A stretch of DNA of 26,030 nt. It comes from Elainellaceae cyanobacterium. GTDB lineage: Bacteria > Cyanobacteriota > Cyanobacteriia > CAZCXK01. Of this stretch, positions 1 through 7,228 are shown one piece after another. Location: NCBI GenBank assembly GCA_051117555.1, contig JBNPEG010000253.1, forward strand, positions 1 through 26,030. Direction: 5' to 3'. The translations under genes and the position numbers were made by a program. Under the pieces are notes generated by a model. That model had not been told where the DNA came from and searched no databases. It was given only the letters and a program-made list of their open reading frames with translations. Numbering within the stretch: the stretch's first letter is position 1; each line of letters starts with the position of its first letter.

Positions 1-123
1 GTAGTGCTAGAAGCCGCTTTGGCAGATGTTTTAGTGACACTGTTGTTAGCCGATATCGAACGAAAACGTTCCTTGTTGCAACAGCAGGGAATTGAAGTTC
101 AAATTACCAGGTGCAAGATATGA
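1..123 (+). CDS. 3' end of an unidentified gene entering from the left (VVLEAALADVLVTLLLADIERKRSLLQQQGIEVQITRCKI*)
   Basis: Frame 1 is open from base 1 to TGA at 121-123 with helical, protein-like composition; missing from the ORF track because it has no start inside the window. Confidence 0.5.
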   Translation, partial: VVLEAALADVLVTLLLADIERKRSLLQQQGIEVQITRCKI

Positions 124-684
124 GTAAGCATAAATATCATTAAGAAAGTTCTTAAAATCATTCTTTGAAGTTGTCTTGTCTTTTCCAAGTTGAACTAGGG
201 TTAGTGAAGTTGCTGTCTCAGCTACTTTTTCAAGAACCTTCTCGTTATAAGCTAACCCTCTTGTAACAGCATCACGCCCTTTACGTCTTTTGCAAATTGT
301 CGGAGATGGACCACCATCAGCTACAGATGTAAAGCTTCTAGATGTTTCAGGAATAACACAGCAGTACTCTAATCCTTGCTGTCTTTCAATTTTAGCTATA
401 TTTGGTTTTTGTTCTAAATATTCACTGATCTCTTGATTCTTAGCCGCCTTAATAGCTGAACTAACGATTGAATCGACCATATCCCATGAAAGCAGTATAG
501 CAACTCCTGTAACAACTAAAGGTTTAGCCCATTCAGGAGTTTCTTTAGGAAATAAAGTGAAGATCCAGCTCAACAGATACGGGAGAGCAAATGCAAGAGC
601 AACTAGGGCTAGAACCGTTAGTACAGCAAAGTTTTTAGCTGAATCAGGATCTTTTACTTTTGGTAAAACCTTAGAGAAAAGCAT
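46..684 (-). CDS. Hypothetical protein with two N-terminal TM helices; C-terminus probably truncated or chimeric
   Basis: Two hydrophobic segments (FAVLTVLALVALAFALPYLLSWIF; PLVVTGVAILLSW). AT-rich. The last ~25 codons are antisense to the + strand ORF 1..123. Confidence 0.65.
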   Translation of the reverse strand: MLFSKVLPKVKDPDSAKNFAVLTVLALVALAFALPYLLSWIFTLFPKETPEWAKPLVVTGVAILLSWDMVDSIVSSAIKAAKNQEISEYLEQKPNIAKIERQQGLEYCCVIPETSRSFTSVADGGPSPTICKRRKGRDAVTRGLAYNEKVLEKVAETATSLTLVQLGKDKTTSKNDFKNFLNDIYAYSYLAPGNLNFNSLLLQQGTFSFDIG

Positions 685-778
685 AGGATAGTCTCACAGC
701 GGTAGTTTTCAATGTTATAGATCAGCTTGGAGCATCATACTCGCACCCCAATGAATTATTTTATTTTCTAAAGAATTT

Positions 779-1162
779 TTAAGAAGCAGAATTCTCTAAT
801 ATCTTTACAAGCTGATTCAAAAGGTCTAAATCTGCATAAGAGGCTTTTCGAAATCGTATAAGCATGTAGGAAGCTGTGTTTTTGTTGACACCAATCTCAG
901 CAGCCAGCTGACGGATAGATACCTTTCTGTTCTGACTTATGAGAATTTTTATAGCCTGAAACCACTTTGGTAATTCCACATGGGTTTTGTGAAAAAGTGT
1001 TCCTACTGTAACACTGTATGATGTGAAGCAATTGTTACAGTGGTATCGCCGCTCTCGCCTAAGCGGTGCAGCATTTGTTGAGTCACAGTAAGGACACCTA
1101 GGTTGTCCGCTCCAACGAAGCTGCTCTAGCAAGGCAATGCATTCTTCTTGAGTATCGAGCAT
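779..1162 (-). CDS. IS1595-family transposase N-terminal module only (Zn ribbon + HTH), no DDE domain
   Basis: EECIALLEQLRW..CPYC..YHCNNC..SVTVGTLFHKTH..LPKWF..SIRQLAAEIGV..TA is the typical IS1595 N-terminus. Clean stop at 127 aa, with no VE(V/I)DE motif downstream. Confidence 0.8.
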   Translation of the reverse strand: MLDTQEECIALLEQLRWSGQPRCPYCDSTNAAPLRRERRYHCNNCFTSYSVTVGTLFHKTHVELPKWFQAIKILISQNRKVSIRQLAAEIGVNKNTASYMLIRFRKASYADLDLLNQLVKILENSAS

Positions 1163-1179
1163 ATTACAAAGACTAGTAA

Positions 1180-1203
1180 CTGAGCTTAAAACTAGAAGCT
1201 CAG
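1180..1203. promoter_or_regulatory. Inverted repeat CTGAGCTT-N8-AAGCTCAG, candidate operator
   Basis: Perfect 8-bp arms 17 bp upstream of the ATG of 779..1162. Confidence 0.4.
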
Positions 1204-1386
1204 CCTAATCTCTGCTACAAACCAACTTCAGATAATCAGGTTTGACTCATACGATCACCTACTGATGATTCGACACTTCCATAAAGGCAAATGCTGTACG
1301 GCTCTTACAAACATGGCTAGATTAATGTCCCTATGATGATTTGTGTTGAATCTAGTCTTCAAATTGATTTGATACAGCAAAATTAT

Positions 1387-1404
1387 TTTCATCAATTGAT
1401 GAAA
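1387..1404. repeat. Perfect 18-bp palindrome TTTCATCAATTGATGAAA
   Basis: Directly visible; lies at the edge of the AT-rich, HIP1-free segment. Confidence 0.6.
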
Positions 1405-1687
1405 GCGCGATCGAGCGAGGAGAGACGATTGTGGTGCGATCGCCATCTGATAGAGTACATCATGACCCACCTCCAACACGTATAACCCAAACCAGAACAG
1501 TACGATCGCCATCTTGTAGGGTACATCCTAGAAAGCACCTACCTCTCAATCTTTCGACTCAAATGATACGATGCGTTTGCTTAACAGCACCACATCCTAC
1601 AGCAGAAGGCTTTGAAGGAAGGGCGATCGCGCCACCTAATATCCTGAATTTGTTAATGGTTTTCATATGTTGCCAATTGCCTGAATT

Positions 1688-1873
1688 GCGATCGCTCTGA
1701 AAAAATTCACACTCATTACAAAACGAATTGGATTTGCTCTGAATGTAGATGCCATCGTTACAATCTGAATGGCGATCGCTCTAAAAAAATTCACATTTAC
1801 TGCAAAACGAATTGGATTTGCTCTGAATGTAAATTCTGTCGTTACAATCCAACTGGCGATCGCAAAAAAATTC
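1688..1873. repeat. 84-bp tandem repeat (2 copies plus a partial third), each unit starting with HIP1
   Basis: HIP1 at 1688, 1772 and 1856 (exact 84-bp period); units 1 and 2 differ at 12 of 84 positions by manual alignment. Confidence 0.9.
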
Positions 1874-1923
1874 CGGCGTTGCTGAATTCAGGGATGATTT
1901 ATGAACATGAATTCTGACTATAC

Positions 1924-1967
1924 GGGCGGTTCGCGTTCGCGCCAGCGTCTCTTTAGAGAAACCGCCC
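1924..1967 (+). repeat. REP-like palindrome GGGCGGTTCGCG^AACCGCCC interrupted by a 24-nt SDR-like insert (1936-1959)
   Basis: Removing TTCGCGCCAGCGTCTCTTTAGAGA restores a perfect 20-bp palindrome. Confidence 0.7.
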
Positions 1968-2120
1968 CTCCAAAATTCATCCCTCTGATCAGCGACGCCC
2001 GAATCGCCAATCTTTGACAACACTATCAGAAGTGGCGATCCGAAAGAGGGGCGATCGCTCAATAGATAAGTTCGATAACAGGGTGCGATCGCTGTATAAG
2101 GGATGTGGAATGGTTGAGGG

Positions 2121-2179
2121 GCGTTGGCGCTAGCGTAGCTATGCCCGAACGGGCTATAGCCTCTCCAGCGGAGAATCGC
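2121..2179 (+). mobile_element. HIP1 site split by a 51-nt nested pair of small dispersed repeat (SDR-like) elements
   Basis: GCG (2121-2123) + insert + ATCGC (2175-2179). The insert parses as TTGGCG[CTAGCGTAGCTATGCCCGAACGGGCTA]TAGCCTCTCCAGCGGAGA, and each element has two short hairpins. Confidence 0.7.
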
Positions 2180-2230
2180 TTTGTAGAAGACGTAAAAAGT
2201 AGTGGGGCGATCGCCATCTTATGGCAATTC

Positions 2231-2260
2231 TTGACCGATTGGTTTAAGTAATGCTAGAGT
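2231..2260 (+). promoter_or_regulatory. Putative promoter (TTGACC-N18-TAGAGT, extended TG) overlapped by NemR-like operator TTGACC-GATT-GGTTTA
   Basis: Resembles the TAGACC-N4-GGTCTA box; a second copy lies at 2901-2916. Confidence 0.6.
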
Positions 2261-2292
2261 GACACTATGGTTAAACACCAAGTAGATTACCA

Positions 2293-2883
2293 ATGACTCG
2301 CGGTCCCGAAAAGCAATTCGACATAGACGTTGCTCTAGGTAAGGCAATGGAAGTGTTTTGGAGACACGGCTATGAAGCTACTAGTCTCTCTGAATTGTTG
2401 AAAAATATGGGGATTGGCAAGAAAAGCTTGTATGACACGTTTGGCAACAAGCAGTCACTCTTCCTCAAGGCGTTAGAGCATTATGCTCACACCACTATTC
2501 GGGACATGTGCGATCGCCTTTCTGCTGATGGCTCTCCCCTGGGCAACCTGAAGCAACTGCTGGGGAACTGGCAGGAGATGCACAGCCAACGCGGTAGCTG
2601 CGGTTGTATGCTCGGCACTAACATTGCCGACTTTAATACCGATGATGAAGCGATCGCTCAGATTATGCGAGCCTATTTGCGACAGATGGAAGATGCGTTT
2701 GCAGCAACCCTCGCCCGTGCCCAGGCCGCCGGGGAAATCAGCTCTAAGGCTGATCCGCGCAGTCTAGCTCGCCTGTTGCTCTGTATGACCCAGGGTATGG
2801 CGCTCTTAGGTCGTGTGATGGATAACGGCACCACCCTAGAGGGGGCAACGCAAGCTGCAATTTCTCTTCTAGACCAGAGCTAA
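2293..2883 (+). CDS. TetR/AcrR-family regulator, NemR/ComR-like
   Basis: RGPEKQFD..AMEVFWRHGYEATSLSELL..MGIGKKSLYDTFGNKQSLF HTH; C-domain CGCMLGT motif. Confidence 0.92.
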   Translation: MTRGPEKQFDIDVALGKAMEVFWRHGYEATSLSELLKNMGIGKKSLYDTFGNKQSLFLKALEHYAHTTIRDMCDRLSADGSPLGNLKQLLGNWQEMHSQRGSCGCMLGTNIADFNTDDEAIAQIMRAYLRQMEDAFAATLARAQAAGEISSKADPRSLARLLLCMTQGMALLGRVMDNGTTLEGATQAAISLLDQS

Positions 2884-2900
2884 ATTTTTTTGGCTTAATT

Positions 2901-2916
2901 TAGACCGATTGTTCAA
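2901..2916 (+). promoter_or_regulatory. Second TetR operator TAGACC-GATT-GTTCAA upstream of the SDR gene
   Basis: Shares the GACCGATTG core with 2231-2246. Confidence 0.6.
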
Positions 2917-2958
2917 TAATTGCTTTGCTCACTGTAATTTCTCAAGGAGAAAATCCCA

Positions 2959-3702
2959 ATGGCTTACGACATCAGTAACAAAATCATTCTAGTTACTGGC
3001 GCTAATCGCGGTATTGGCAAAGTGCTGGTTGAATCCTTCATCGCGCACGGTGCGGCCAAGGTGTATGCCGCTGTTCGAAAGGTTGAGAGCGTTGCGCCAC
3101 TGGTGGAACACTATGGCGACAAAGTAGTGCCCGTCCAGATTGATTTGGCCGATCCTCAATCGATCACTGCTGCCGCTCAAGTGGCCAAGGATGTTGATAT
3201 GGTGGTGAATAACGCTGGAGCGTTTCAGGAGGCAACCCCCTTGGCTGAAAATGCGATCGCCACTCTCGAGTTCCAAATGAATATTAACGTCTATGGTCTG
3301 ATTCATATGGCTCAGACCTTTGCCCCAGTCCTCAAAGCCAACGGTGGCGGTGTCTTTGCTCAGCTCAACTCCGTGGTTTCGATGAAGACATTCTCTAACT
3401 TTGCCACCTATTCGGCTTCAAAAGCGGCGGCTTATTCTATCACCCAGGCGTTACGAGAATTGCTCAGCGAACAGGGTACGACCGTGTTAAGTGTGCATCC
3501 TGGCCCGATTGCAACGGATATGGGCGATGCTGCAGGGCTAACCGAGATTGCAGAGCCGCCAACTTTAGTAGCTGATGGCATCATTGCGGCGCTGAAAGCA
3601 GAAGATTTCCATGTCTTCCCCGACACGATGGCCAAGCAAATTGGTGGCGCTTACCAGAGCTTTGCCACCAACATCGTTGAGGCCAATATGACTGAAGGCT
3701 GA
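2959..3702 (+). CDS. Short-chain dehydrogenase/reductase (SDR)
   Basis: [17 protein letters not shown] and PGPIAT motifs; AAGGAG RBS upstream. Confidence 0.95.
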   Translation: MAYDISNKIILVTGANRGIGKVLVESFIAHGAAKVYAAVRKVESVAPLVEHYGDKVVPVQIDLADPQSITAAAQVAKDVDMVVNNAGAFQEATPLAENAIATLEFQMNINVYGLIHMAQTFAPVLKANGGGVFAQLNSVVSMKTFSNFATYSASKAAAYSITQALRELLSEQGTTVLSVHPGPIATDMGDAAGLTEIAEPPTLVADGIIAALKAEDFHVFPDTMAKQIGGAYQSFATNIVEANMTEG

Positions 3703-3757
3703 GATTTTAGATCCCGATGCAGCGGGTATACCCAACATGAATGGCATGAGTGCTGAA

Positions 3758-4684
3758 CTACTTGAATGCAGTGTGCTGCAACGCAGTGTAATCCCAATTG
3801 CCTAAACGGGCTGCCGCGTCATAGGTGCTCTGCAAGAATTCTAGCAACACCTCGTCTGGAGACTCCGCTTCGCGCACCGCATCGTAGGGCAAGATAAATT
3901 CTCCTAAGTCGTTGCTGTAAAAAGCCGCGTCTGGGCGAACTGGAGCATCTCCGAATCCATCTGGGGTCGGATAGGCATAGGAATAAAACGCTGGATATGA
4001 CAGTCCTGCGCCGGGCCAAAATCCGCAACTGCTCACTTCATGGGAATAGGCTTCTCGCGCTACTGCATCGGGAAAGTTGGGTACGCCTCCGGGGTGTTCG
4101 GGAGCGGTGCGTCCAGAAAAGCGGGTAACGGCTAGATCAAAGCTGCCCCAAAAGAAGTGAACAGGGCTGCACTTTCCATTAAAGCGAGAGCGAAATTCTT
4201 TAAACACTCGATCAGATTGCAGCAGTACTCGCCAAAATCGGTTGGCATACTCAGCATCATAGGATGCATGGGTATAATCTTGCTCAAATGGAATAGCATC
4301 TGCAATTTCGCTGGGGGTTGTATAGAGGTGAATCTGGACGCCTATCTCGCTCAGGGCTTCCATGACCTCATGGTAGAACTCCGCCACAGCACAGGGCCGA
4401 AGCGCTAGTTGTTTTACAGCGCCATCACTGGTTTGTATGAGAAGCTGATGGTCAATGAAATCAAAGTCAATTTGAAGGATGCGATCGCCATCGGGAATGG
4501 GAGATGTTGTTAGCCCACGGGCAGTCAGATAAAGCGCGACGTGCCAAGAATGATTGACCCAGGGTGCTTGAGCAAGCCTAATTTTGCCGATGATTTGAGT
4601 CCACATGTGTAGGGTTTCATACGTCTCTTTCCACTCGTTGACGGGGAGATTCGGCCAAGTAGTCGACGGGATAAATTGAGACAT
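3758..4684 (-). CDS. DUF5996-family protein
   Basis: WP..W..T..TLHMWTQIIGKIRL, NHSWH, GLTTSPIP, SPVHFFWGSFDLAVTRFSGR, EAYSHEVSSCGFWPG motifs recognised. Confidence 0.8.
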   Translation of the reverse strand: MSQFIPSTTWPNLPVNEWKETYETLHMWTQIIGKIRLAQAPWVNHSWHVALYLTARGLTTSPIPDGDRILQIDFDFIDHQLLIQTSDGAVKQLALRPCAVAEFYHEVMEALSEIGVQIHLYTTPSEIADAIPFEQDYTHASYDAEYANRFWRVLLQSDRVFKEFRSRFNGKCSPVHFFWGSFDLAVTRFSGRTAPEHPGGVPNFPDAVAREAYSHEVSSCGFWPGAGLSYPAFYSYAYPTPDGFGDAPVRPDAAFYSNDLGEFILPYDAVREAESPDEVLLEFLQSTYDAAARLGNWDYTALQHTAFK

Positions 4685-4733
4685 AGTAGTGAGCTCGGTT
4701 CAAAAACGGTAGAAACTTGAATTCAATAGAATA

Positions 4734-4755
4734 GGGCAAATGGCGCCATTTGCCC
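4734..4755. repeat. Perfect 22-bp palindrome GGGCAAATGGCGCCATTTGCCC (REP-like; possible mRNA stem)
   Basis: Directly visible between two co-oriented minus-strand genes. Confidence 0.65.
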
Positions 4756-4782
4756 CGGCGCTAGGTCATTCTTATTCCGCGC

Positions 4783-6960
4783 CTATGGAAATGAGCATGG
4801 CAAAAGTACCGGCTTTGCCTTTGAGACAACGCCGGTTCCGGTTTTTGAAACACTCTCAATAAAACACCCATACTGATATTTCACATCATCAAGCTGAGTG
4901 AAAATCGTATGAGGATCATCCAGCCCATCTCCCTCATACTGCACCACTACGCCGGTATAGGGTGTGCCATTCTCATTCGTCACATTCTTCGAAACCGGAT
5001 ATGACACAATGCCATCTAGCCCCTCAAGCGCCAGAGAGTCTTGCATCTCAGGCCATAAGACAGATCCTGCCTGCTGAACGCCTGTGGCAAGAGCGACGGC
5101 ATCAAATACTTCTTCTGGAAAAGCGCGATCGCCTTTACCGACGGGTTGATAAATGGCGCGCGGCGAATGCCCCGGAAGCGGGCGCTTAGAAATGCGCGGC
5201 ATGTAAACCATTGGCTCAGCAGCTTCCCAAGAACTCTGAAGTAATCGCAGTGCAGGGTATAGATGATCCAACGGATCTGATTTCTTTAACACTTGGCTCA
5301 GCACATCTGAAATCTTCTGAAAATCAGAGTCATCCGAATTCGCTAACGCCGAGAACAGCAATGCCCAAAAGCCTCCTGAGCCCGTCGGTATCACTGCTGT
5401 AATACGAGGCTCGACGGCTCCCATCATTGCTGCGTATTGAGCCCCTTGAGATTGCCCCAGCACAGTCACCTCTGACGTATTGAGCCAAAACTCCTTTTCA
5501 GTCGGCGGAAGAGTCGGCCCCGAACAACTGCCCAGTTGCTCAGGCAAAATACGAACGTGTTCGAGTGCTTTTAGCAGTAGCCGTTGCTCAATCACGCCTT
5601 GCCGAAAAGTATCTCGGTAGGCGGATGGGTTGGTCGGGTTGAGATACGGACGATTACCAAAAAAATCAGAAACAACCACAGGAATGCGCTCCGGGTTCAG
5701 AGGCAGCGCACTGCCGACAGACGCAAAGCCACGTCGAGCAATCACATCGGCAGGGCCCCTCCCCGGTATTCGCTTGCCGTTTACCTCAGGAACCGGACCT
5801 CGATCAACGACCTGGGTGCTCAACCCTCCTGACCCATGGTAGTAGACCATGAGCGGGTAGCCTCCCTTGGGCATGGGCTTCTTGGGCAAGGTGATCACCA
5901 CCGGGATAGTCTGCTTTCGTTGCACCTGAAGCCTGCCACTGGCATCAAATTCAAACAGACCCTCTTCCTTTTCAAAGAATAGGAATGGTGGAATCCCTCG
6001 CTGAAACTGCGGAAGTGTAACCTCAGCTGAAAACTTGCAATGGTCTAACCCTGTGATGATTGTTTCGGGCTCAAAGCGAATCGATTTAATAGACGGATCA
6101 TAGTGCTCCAGGACTTGATCCGAAAGCTGAGCCATCTCTGCCACAACGTCACCCGTTGTAAATACAGTTGCGGCAATCACGCTGTTTCGGTTGATTTCTA
6201 GCTGATCCAGCGTTTCCCAGAGAGGCTTATAGAGCAAATATGCCTTAAATTTTCGCTTCAGATCTCCACTCGGAATCAACCCTTGGCGAAGCTCCTCAAA
6301 CGCTTTTGGTGCCTGGAGTGGCTGGCCATTTTCACTCGTCAGCGAACGACGAACAACATAGGCATACTGACGATTGGGCTTGAGAACAATCCCTGGATAG
6401 GGGGCAACCGCAAGCAAATACTTAGGCACATAAAATGGATCGGGCGTCGGATTGGTTGCCACAACGGGAAACAAGCGACCTCGCTCAGGAGAGGTGCGGC
6501 CAATGTCAACAAGCAAGACAGACGCCTGGGGGTCGGCGGCAATCAGCTCAGTGGGGTCAAGCGGGGCGAGGGGTTGACTAAAACGAAAGTAGCCAGCGGC
6601 AGTGGTTGGGAATGCGGGGCGATCGCTCGAAATAGTTTTGAGACGCTTAAAGAAACCAAATGTTTTTGTGAAGACCGGAAACCCTGACAGATCAGGATGT
6701 CCATCGGCATCAAGGCGAAAATCCGAGGGATAGGGGAGGTTATAGAACTCAGTGGGATCGCTCAAATCGGCATTCAGATCAAAAGTGGCGATCGCCGGAG
6801 ACGATTGAGCCTGTGCGTCAAGCTGAAACAGATTACCAAACGCTAGAAGCAAGGCAATGCAAACCACGATTCCCAGTTTACCTAGATTATTCCAGTGTTT
6901 CGTTAAGTATTTCCCGTTTCCCAACTGTGTTATCTCCAGTATTTTAATAGTGGCCAGCAA
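4783..6960 (-). CDS. Large secreted alpha/beta-hydrolase (lipase/esterase-like) with an N-terminal extension
   Basis: Signal-like segment ending AQA; YHGSGG oxyanion motif; GQSQG nucleophile elbow (5443-5457); C-terminal DPH. TTG start uncertain. Confidence 0.7.
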   Translation of the reverse strand: MLATIKILEITQLGNGKYLTKHWNNLGKLGIVVCIALLLAFGNLFQLDAQAQSSPAIATFDLNADLSDPTEFYNLPYPSDFRLDADGHPDLSGFPVFTKTFGFFKRLKTISSDRPAFPTTAAGYFRFSQPLAPLDPTELIAADPQASVLLVDIGRTSPERGRLFPVVATNPTPDPFYVPKYLLAVAPYPGIVLKPNRQYAYVVRRSLTSENGQPLQAPKAFEELRQGLIPSGDLKRKFKAYLLYKPLWETLDQLEINRNSVIAATVFTTGDVVAEMAQLSDQVLEHYDPSIKSIRFEPETIITGLDHCKFSAEVTLPQFQRGIPPFLFFEKEEGLFEFDASGRLQVQRKQTIPVVITLPKKPMPKGGYPLMVYYHGSGGLSTQVVDRGPVPEVNGKRIPGRGPADVIARRGFASVGSALPLNPERIPVVVSDFFGNRPYLNPTNPSAYRDTFRQGVIEQRLLLKALEHVRILPEQLGSCSGPTLPPTEKEFWLNTSEVTVLGQSQGAQYAAMMGAVEPRITAVIPTGSGGFWALLFSALANSDDSDFQKISDVLSQVLKKSDPLDHLYPALRLLQSSWEAAEPMVYMPRISKRPLPGHSPRAIYQPVGKGDRAFPEEVFDAVALATGVQQAGSVLWPEMQDSLALEGLDGIVSYPVSKNVTNENGTPYTGVVVQYEGDGLDDPHTIFTQLDDVKYQYGCFIESVSKTGTGVVSKAKPVLLPCSFP

Positions 6961-7228
6961 AATATCGCGACTAAATAATAACAGTCATAGAGAGAATGCA
7001 ATTAGGATTTATAGCTATCTTTACATGGCAGTGCTAGATATAGATATGATTTGCTAACGAGCATTCTTGTAGACGGATTGGTTTCTTCTACAGCAATCCT
7101 CAATCATTCATGAAATGCGAGTGCGGGCATCTTGCCTGCGTTGGCAACGCCTCTTCATCAGGAAAGGCGAGACGCTGAGGCTATGCGTCGCACAAGCGAT
7201 TTAGGATCGCTATATATCCGCTGCCTTA

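Noticed and set aside
1744..1762. NtcA site in the 84-bp unit
   Set aside because: The spacer is N11, not N8
1688..1873. CRISPR array or coding repeat interpretation of the 84-bp repeat
   Set aside because: Whole units are similar (no unique spacers), there are only two copies and no cas genes. The minus frame with CxxC has an in-frame stop, and the other open minus frame lacks a start
1255..2062. ORFs 1255..1512, 1431..1700 and 1781..2062
   Set aside because: They run through HIP1/repeat-rich intergenic DNA, have no recognisable motifs and overlap each other
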